Shown here in pieces: positions 25,911 through 32,000 of a DNA stretch of 32,000 bases. The position numbers and the translations under genes were made by a program. The stretch lies in NCBI GenBank assembly GCA_963699255.1, contig OY969425.1, positions 810,001-842,000 on the forward strand, written 5' to 3'. The notes below the pieces were generated by a model. It searched no databases. It was not told the origin of the DNA and was given only the letters and a program-made list of their open reading frames with translations. Every line of letters starts with the position of its first letter. The stretch's first letter is position 1. The stretch comes from an uncultured bacterium. GTDB taxonomy: Bacteria > Margulisbacteria > WOR-1 > CAVSGV01.

Positions 25911-26920
25911 ATGCCGCAGCTAAGGCAAAATCCCGCGACAAAAGAATGGGTGATAATCTCAACCGAACGCTCAAAGCGCCCGGAGGAATTCCAGGTGCCG
26001 GAAGAGAAGGACGGCCCGGAGGTCATAAAGAACTGTCCTTTCTGCGCCGGCAATGAGCACCTGACCCCCGACGAGCTTCTTGCGTTCAGGACTTACGAAA
26101 CAAAACCGGGGACCCGGGCTGGTGGATAAGGGTGGTCCCGAACAAGTTCCCCGCTTTGATCCCCACAGGTAATGTTAAAAGGATGCAGTTCGATGAATTT
26201 TTACGCTATATGGACGGAGTGGGCAGCCACGAAATAGTGATAGAAAGTCCCGATCATAACACGTCAATGGCTACAATGGACCAAAAACAGGTCGAAGAAA
26301 TATTCCTTGCATATAAGGAAAGATATTCCGTGCTCAAAAAAGATACAAGGTTCGAGATGATCCTTATATTCAAGAACCACGGAAGGGAAGCCGGAACGTC
26401 GATAAGACACCCTCATTCGCAGATCATAGCCATGCCGATAACTCCGATCCATATCAGGCATTATATTGAAGAAGCTATGAGGTATTTTGACGATAATGGT
26501 GAATGCGTTTACTGTGAGGTACTGAAAAAAGAACAGAAAAAAGAAAGGATGATCCTTGAAACCGATAACTTTGTCGCCTTTGTTCCTTTCGCCGCCAGGT
26601 CTCCTTTCGAGATATGGGTCCTGCCCAGGAAGCATTATTCGTCATACGAATGCATCTCAGCCGCGGACACGAAAGAGCTCGGGTTTGTAATGAAACAGGT
26701 CCTGGGTAAATTGTACAAGTCATTAAAAGACCCGGCATATAATTTCATGATACTTTCGGCCCCCTGCCATGAGGAGGACCTTGAATATTTCCACTGGCAT
26801 ATACAGATAGTCCCCCGCGTCGCCCAGGTAGCCGGCTTCGAGATGGGTTCCGGTATCTATATCAACACCGTGATCCCCGAAGAAGCGGCCAAATTCCTGA
26901 GAGAAACAAAAGCAGAGTGA
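25911..26920 (+). pseudogene. galT: Galactose-1-phosphate uridylyltransferase, interrupted by a single-base frameshift near 26113-26115
   Basis: First frame reads MPQLRQNPATKEWVIISTERSKRPEEF...NCPFCAGNEHLTPDE...ETKPGT then goes out of frame. Adding one C gives ...KPGTPGWWIRVVPNKFPAL, continuous with 26132..26920, which has SIRHPHSQIIA and FHWHIQIVPR. Confidence 0.9.
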
Positions 26921-27651
26921 AGACCCGCCTTGACGAGCTCCTAGCCAAAAAAGGCCTGTTCGAATCAAGAACAAAAGCCCAGTCCGCCATCATAGCCGGC
27001 TTGATCCTTGTGGACGGCCAAAAGATCGAGAAGCCCGGCACAAAAGTGGACGAAACCGATGAGATAAGGATTCTTGGCGACGCATGTCCGTATGTAAGCC
27101 GCGGTGGGTTAAAGCTTGTGGGCGCCATCGATAGTTTTAATGTGGACGTGAACGACCTTGTCGCCGCCGACATCGGCGCGGGAACAGGCGGATTTACCGA
27201 CTGCCTCCTCCAGAAAGGGGCAAAAAAAGTTTACGCGATCGATGTGGGATACGGGCAGATCGCGTGGAAGCTGAGGAACGACAAAAGAGTGACCGTGATA
27301 GAAAGAAAGAACGCCCGCGAGCTGTCAGAAAGCGATCTCGGTGAGAAGGTCGACCTGGTGGTGATGGATGTTTCTTTCATTTCTATTCTTAAGATACTTC
27401 CGGCCATCCAAAATATTTTAAAGGAAAGCGGAGATGTGATAACATTGGTAAAACCGCAGTTCGAGGCCGGGAAAGATGAGGTACCGAAAGGCGGGGTCAT
27501 CAGGGACAAAAAGACCCACGACAAAGTATTAAGCAATATCAAGACGGGTGTCGAAGCGCTCGGTTTTAATGTCATTGGACAAATCCAATCGCCGATAACC
27601 GGCCGCGACGGGAACGTTGAGTACTTCATGCATCTGAGGAGGATCCAGTGA
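26917..27651 (+). CDS. tlyA: TlyA-family rRNA methyltransferase (S4 + FtsJ-like)
   Basis: MKTRLDELLAKKGLFESRTKAQSAIIAGLILVDGQKIEKPG (S4) then YVSRGGLKLVGAID...AADIGAGTGGFTDCLLQKGAKKVYAIDVGYGQ...VVMDVSFISILKILP...VKPQFEAG. Confidence 0.93.
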   Translation: MKTRLDELLAKKGLFESRTKAQSAIIAGLILVDGQKIEKPGTKVDETDEIRILGDACPYVSRGGLKLVGAIDSFNVDVNDLVAADIGAGTGGFTDCLLQKGAKKVYAIDVGYGQIAWKLRNDKRVTVIERKNARELSESDLGEKVDLVVMDVSFISILKILPAIQNILKESGDVITLVKPQFEAGKDEVPKGGVIRDKKTHDKVLSNIKTGVEALGFNVIGQIQSPITGRDGNVEYFMHLRRIQ

Positions 27652-28196
27652 TAGCTCCATACGTTGTTATTTTGATCTTTTCTTCCGCTATTGGCGGAGC
27701 GGTGATCGGCTGTGTTTTATTCTTTTTTGCCAGCCGCGTTCTTCTTAGCCAAAAGATGTCGAGAAGGGTCGAACTTGCCCAGTTCTCCCAGGAAGAAGCT
27801 GAGTCCCTGCTGAAAAAAAGAGGGTTCAGGATAATCGACAAACAAAAACGCGCGGATGTAGTGACTTACATCGATGGAAAACCAAATCTCGGTTTCGTTC
27901 AGGCCGATTTTATCGTGGAGAAGAACGGGAGGAAATATGTGGCGGAAGTCAAAGCCGGGGAGCTTGTCTCGGATCCGACAGAACCTTCCACCAGAAGGCA
28001 GCTGCTTGAATACAAGTTCGCATACAAGCCTTACGAGATACTGCTGGTGAACATGCTTGACAGAACGATCCATAAGATCGATTTTGAAGCCCCTTCCTAT
28101 GCGGAAGACAAAATATTCCGGTTGATACTTACGGCGTTAATTGTTATTATTGTTATTGGAGTCATTTGGGTTTTCGCGTCAATTAAGATCCTTTAA
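27648..28196 (+). CDS. Protein with terminal transmembrane segments and a central PD-(D/E)XK-like domain
   Basis: N-terminal TM (VVILIFSSAIGGAVIGCVLFFFA), middle LLKKRGFRIIDKQ...VQADFIVEKNGRKYVAEVKAGE, C-terminal TM (LILTALIVIIVIGVIWVFASI). Overlaps tlyA by 4 nt. Confidence 0.65.
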   Translation: MIAPYVVILIFSSAIGGAVIGCVLFFFASRVLLSQKMSRRVELAQFSQEEAESLLKKRGFRIIDKQKRADVVTYIDGKPNLGFVQADFIVEKNGRKYVAEVKAGELVSDPTEPSTRRQLLEYKFAYKPYEILLVNMLDRTIHKIDFEAPSYAEDKIFRLILTALIVIIVIGVIWVFASIKIL

Positions 28197-28203
28197 AAAT
28201 AAA

Positions 28204-28290
28204 CAATTAACAATGACACAATTAACAACATGGAAATATTATCATAATATGTCGCCAATGGCGACACCGCGTTGTTAATTGTTAATTGAG
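28204..28290. repeat. AT-rich intergenic inverted-repeat element with a central GC-rich hairpin
   Basis: Arms caattaacaac (28219-28229) and gttgttaattg (28271-28281); inner tgtcgcc-aat-ggcgaca stem at 28250-28266. Confidence 0.8.
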
Positions 28291-28320
28291 AAATTGTAAA
28301 TTAAATTGTAAATTAAATTA

Positions 28321-30126
28321 ATGAAATTCCAGCTTTCTTATTATACAAAACAGAGGATCATTAAGCGCATCATTGATGTTTTCATGGTCGTTTTCCTTCT
28401 GATCACGCTTTTTCCGATTTTCTGGATGGTATATTCCTCTTTCAAAGACAACACCGACATATTAACGGGAAAAATATTCCTCTCCAAAGCCAGCAATGAT
28501 GTAATAGCCATTGACAGGGATTCGAAGAACTTTTACATCGGGACCGCGGACGGCAGGATCACGATACTTGACGGGAACGGAAAAGCCTTAAAGGACAGAT
28601 CGATAAGGTCTTCGGCAACTTCATTCGCTTTTGACGACAACTATGTCTGGATAGCAACTTCAAATAAAGGGCTCGCAAAAATAAGAAAAACCGACCTTAA
28701 GAAAATAGCCTCCTATAGCTACCAGCTTCCCGGAATAGACGTGAACAAGATCGCCTCAAGCGTCATATACAAGGAAGGCGGCAAAATATGGATAAGTCTT
28801 GAGTCAAAAGGTTTTGAAGGCGTCCTGGAATTCGACGAAAACACAAATAAGTTCTCTAGGTTAATCGACATTAAAAGCAGCCTGACCCCGTTCCAGGTCC
28901 TGACTATCTCAAAAGTGGGCAACAAGCTTGTTGTCGGAGGTGACCAGGGATTGCTTTCGGTCGACCTTGGTACCGGACTTGTTCTCCGCACCTACCCCAT
29001 CCAGGTCAGATCAATGACGGCAAAAGTATGGAGGATCGTCCCTCACAACAATGAGCTCTACCTCGGCACATCTGCCGGCGCCCTGGTTTTTGATCTGGGT
29101 TCTGGAAAGATCCTGAAAAGGTATTCGTCAGATAACGGACTTATCTCTGATCAGGTGGGGCAGATAAAAATATACGATGAACTTCTGCTTTTCGGCACGA
29201 ACCAGGGCCTCTCCATAGTCAATAAAAAGACCGGCGAAATAAAGAACTTCAGCGAGCTGTTCTCTCAGGTCAATAAAAGCAAAAATCAAACCTTAACCCC
29301 CGGCGACGTTCTGTCAATAATGAAGAACAACGACACTCTGATGCTTGGAACGACGAACGGGAAGATCGCATATTTCGACCTCAGCAAAGAAAAGGTCACG
29401 GGAGGAACGGTCCTCAAGCGCGGGTATTCAGTTGTGAGATGGAGGAATTTCGTCGACATGTGGTATAACATCGATTTTGGACTGTACCTGAGGAACTCCC
29501 TGCTGATATGCGGAATATCTATGATCATTGCAATGGCCTTCGCGACCATGGCGGCGTATTCATTCTCGCGTTTCAAGTTCCCAGGCGCTGACCTTTTCGG
29601 TAACCTTATTTTGGCAACCCAGATGATCCCCGCTATCATGTACCTGATCCCGATCTACATAATGTTCGTCAAATTCAACGAGGTTACTGGCATTGCGTTA
29701 AAAGGATCTTTCCTGGGGATCATACTCATCTATTCGGCTTTCTTCATTCCTTTCAGCATATGGATACTGAGGGGATTTTTTGCGGCGATACCAAAAGAGC
29801 TGGAGGAGGCCGGCCGCATTGACGGGTGCTCGCAGATCCAGGTATTCTGGTATGTTGTCCTTCCTCTTGCGGTGCCGGGAATCATCGCAACCGGAGTGTA
29901 CATATTCCTGACGGCATGGGATGAGCTGATGTTCGCCTGGGTCCTGTGCAACGCCGATACAATGACCATTCCCGTAGGCATAAGGCTTTTTGTCGGCAAC
30001 TACCAGAACAGGTTCGATCTTATGATGGCAGCTGCGACCGTCGCGACCATACCGGTCATGGTTTTATTCTTCATGCTCCAGAAATATATTATCAAGGGTT
30101 TGACAGCCGGAGCAGTAAAAGGTTAA
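28321..30126 (+). CDS. MalG-type carbohydrate ABC transporter permease with a large beta-propeller-like insertion after the first TM helix
   Basis: TM1 IIDVFMVVFLLITLFPIFWMVYSSFKDN, then repeats such as KNFYIGTADGRITILDGNGK / NNELYLGTSAGALVFDLGSGKIL / LLFGTNQGLSIVNKKTG / MLGTTNGKIAYFDLSKEK, then FGLYLRNSLLICG...EELEEAGRIDGCSQIQVFWYVVLPLAVPGI (EAA motif). Confidence 0.88.
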   Translation: MKFQLSYYTKQRIIKRIIDVFMVVFLLITLFPIFWMVYSSFKDNTDILTGKIFLSKASNDVIAIDRDSKNFYIGTADGRITILDGNGKALKDRSIRSSATSFAFDDNYVWIATSNKGLAKIRKTDLKKIASYSYQLPGIDVNKIASSVIYKEGGKIWISLESKGFEGVLEFDENTNKFSRLIDIKSSLTPFQVLTISKVGNKLVVGGDQGLLSVDLGTGLVLRTYPIQVRSMTAKVWRIVPHNNELYLGTSAGALVFDLGSGKILKRYSSDNGLISDQVGQIKIYDELLLFGTNQGLSIVNKKTGEIKNFSELFSQVNKSKNQTLTPGDVLSIMKNNDTLMLGTTNGKIAYFDLSKEKVTGGTVLKRGYSVVRWRNFVDMWYNIDFGLYLRNSLLICGISMIIAMAFATMAAYSFSRFKFPGADLFGNLILATQMIPAIMYLIPIYIMFVKFNEVTGIALKGSFLGIILIYSAFFIPFSIWILRGFFAAIPKELEEAGRIDGCSQIQVFWYVVLPLAVPGIIATGVYIFLTAWDELMFAWVLCNADTMTIPVGIRLFVGNYQNRFDLMMAAATVATIPVMVLFFMLQKYIIKGLTAGAVKG

Positions 30127-30201
30127 TGAGCTTACGGCTTACGGCACCGCCCTGCGGGCTACAGCTAACTGCTGTTAGCTGTAAGCCGTCAGCTGTAAGT
30201 T
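30127..30201. repeat. Intergenic palindromic element between the MalG-like and GH26-like genes
   Basis: tacagctaac (30160-30169) pairs with gttagctgta (30174-30183); cggcttac (30135-30142) pairs with gtaagccg (30181-30188) as an alternative fold. Confidence 0.8.
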
Positions 30202-30225
30202 AAACAAGAAAGGGGTAAAATTGTT

Positions 30226-31848
30226 ATGAAGAGATTGTTTTGTGTTTTGATACTGCTATTTATGGGAGAGGCGTGCTTTGGGCTGTCAGCGCCCTCAGCA
30301 ACATCGTCCGCTTCCATAACATCAACATCTGAAGATGGATGTTACATTGGATTGTTCAGAGAAGGCGCTCCGCAGAATATGGGTTATATTAAGAGCTTTG
30401 AAAAGATGTTCGAGAAAAAGCCCGCAATGATAATGTGGTATGCGGATTTTAATTCCGATTTCCCATCAGAAGATTGTGAAAATGTCTATCGTTACGGCGC
30501 GGTCCCGCAGATAGTATGGGAACCGTGGATCTGGGGAGATGAAGAAAAGATAAAGCTGGATAATATCATAAATGGAGAATGGGACAAACATATAGAAGAA
30601 TGGGCATCGGACGCCGCGGCATATAAGAAAACCGTCTTTATCAGGTGGGGACATGAATTCAATATTGAAAAATATCCCTGGGGCATTGGCAACAACAACA
30701 GGAGCGCGGAAAAATACGTAAAAGCATACCGGCACGTTCACGACATATTCAAGAAGGCGGGAGCAACGAACATTAAGTGGATATGGTGCTTTAATAATTA
30801 TCCTAACCCGAACGAATACTGGAACAGCTGGGACCTGGCTTACCCGGGAGACGAATACATTGATTGGATCGGGATCGACGGCTACAACTGGGGAACAACG
30901 CAAACGTGGAGCGGGTGGCAGTCATTTAAAGATATGTTCCGCGACCAGGTCAGGGAAGCTTCAAAAAAATATCCGACCAAGCCGCTCATGATAGCCGAAT
31001 TCGGGTCATGTGAGGACGGCGGTAGTAAGGCGAATTGGGTAAAAGACATACTCCCTACGCTGAAGATAAGCATGAACCAGGTCAAGGCGCTCGTCATGTT
31101 CGATACAAGAAAGGAATGCGACTGGAGGGTGAATTCATCCAAAAAGTCCCAGGATGCGTATCAATCCATTTTAAGCGACAGCTATTTTCTAAGCTCAGGC
31201 AAAGGCCTTATGAATCTTTCGGTCACAAAAAGCTTGCTGGCGGCGGGAGAAAACAGGTCCGCAGTTGCCAAAAAAACTTCGATCCCTGTGAAGATCGACG
31301 GGAATTTCAGGCCGTTTTCGGCCTGCACCCCCATTGTCATGGACAGCGACATCTTCCTTAAAGAAGGTTCTGACTGGAAAGGGCCAAAAGACCTTAGCGC
31401 GAGAATATATTTGCTGTGGGACAGCACATTTCTTTATATGTTCGCCAAGGTCACGGACAATCTGCCTCTCACTAACAGCAAAACGAACGGGGATATCTGG
31501 AACGGGGATGGCATAGAGGTAACTCTGCCCGGATACCAGATAGGTTTTGGAGCCGGCGACGGAAGCGCGAATAAGCCGTCCATATGGATATGGCAAAAAA
31601 GAAGGCCTTCCACCGGAGAGATCTTTGTGACAAAAACGAACAATCCGACCGGTTATGTGCTCGAAGCAAAAGTGCCATGGAAAGAGATCGGCTCTATCTC
31701 CCCAAAAACGGGCGGGAAGGTCGCTTTTGACATAGCGGTTGACGACGCGGATCAAACGTGGGAGAGAAAGCTACAATTCATATGGAGCGGGGATTATCTC
31801 TTTTATAAAGACCCGGATGTCTGGGGAGTTCTCCAATTTGAAGATTGA
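30226..31848 (+). CDS. Exported glycoside hydrolase, GH26 (beta-mannanase)-like catalytic domain plus CBM9-like domain
   Basis: Signal peptide MKRLFCVLILLFMGEACFG; FIRWGHEFNIEKYPWG, YVKAYRHVHDIFKKAGATNIKWIWCFN, DEYIDWIGIDGYNWG, MIAEFGS; C-terminal PVKIDGNFRPF...ARIYLLWDSTFLYMFAKVTDN...NGDIWNGDGIEVTLP is CBM9-like. Confidence 0.85.
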   Translation: MKRLFCVLILLFMGEACFGLSAPSATSSASITSTSEDGCYIGLFREGAPQNMGYIKSFEKMFEKKPAMIMWYADFNSDFPSEDCENVYRYGAVPQIVWEPWIWGDEEKIKLDNIINGEWDKHIEEWASDAAAYKKTVFIRWGHEFNIEKYPWGIGNNNRSAEKYVKAYRHVHDIFKKAGATNIKWIWCFNNYPNPNEYWNSWDLAYPGDEYIDWIGIDGYNWGTTQTWSGWQSFKDMFRDQVREASKKYPTKPLMIAEFGSCEDGGSKANWVKDILPTLKISMNQVKALVMFDTRKECDWRVNSSKKSQDAYQSILSDSYFLSSGKGLMNLSVTKSLLAAGENRSAVAKKTSIPVKIDGNFRPFSACTPIVMDSDIFLKEGSDWKGPKDLSARIYLLWDSTFLYMFAKVTDNLPLTNSKTNGDIWNGDGIEVTLPGYQIGFGAGDGSANKPSIWIWQKRRPSTGEIFVTKTNNPTGYVLEAKVPWKEIGSISPKTGGKVAFDIAVDDADQTWERKLQFIWSGDYLFYKDPDVWGVLQFED

Positions 31849-31906
31849 CGAATCTCCTCGGGTATGGTAATATTCCCCTTACCCTTCAAAGGAGGCAATA
31901 GATACA

Positions 31907-32000
31907 TGAAGAAACTTATGAGATCTACATCTTTCGGATTGGGCGTCTTATTGCTTGGCTTTCTGGTTTGCGGTTTTGGAGGACCAGCCCCGCAAGCAAA
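31907..32000 (+). CDS. Start of an exported protein (truncated by the window edge)
   Basis: AAGGAGG upstream of ATG at 31907; MKKLMRSTSFGLGVLLLGFLVCGFGGPAPQA signal-peptide-like sequence. Confidence 0.6.

Noticed and set aside
30466-31755. Minus-strand ORFs opposite the GH26-like gene
   Set aside because: Antisense to a convincing exported enzyme; low-quality protein-like sequence.

Overview
This 32 kb window looks like a chromosomal segment from an uncultivated Gram-negative-type bacterium (Omnitrophota/Elusimicrobia-like flavour; lineage is inference only). It has three parts. (1) 1-7301: housekeeping genes, mostly minus strand: RelA/SpoT, class II aldolase, APS-kinase-like P-loop kinase, a frameshifted APH-family phosphotransferase, YggT, ProC, SepF, YggS and two small proteins. 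(2) 7390-23191: a tightly packed six-gene minus-strand block encoding exported, highly repetitive surface or fibre-like proteins: a collagen-like protein, two proteins with tail-fibre/adhesin-like 77-127 aa modules (one over 2,200 aa), a short paralogue, a FlgD/sorting-domain-like protein and a PorV-like barrel with an SLH region. This is the best candidate for an undescribed system. (3) 23352-32000: glutamate synthase small subunit-like and PyrK/SudB-like genes, galT (frameshifted), tlyA, a membrane-anchored PD-(D/E)XK-like protein, a MalG-type ABC permease with a ~320 aa beta-propeller-like insertion in its first periplasmic loop, and a GH26-like glycoside hydrolase with a CBM9-like tail. 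Other signals: perfect 381-bp tandem repeats inside a coding sequence; three single-base-deletion frameshifts that all fall in a GGAC(C)n context; a near-identical 33-nt palindromic element inside two adjacent genes in different reading frames; and several intergenic low-complexity inverted-repeat elements. Family calls are from reading the translated proteins and motif recognition. No database search was run.
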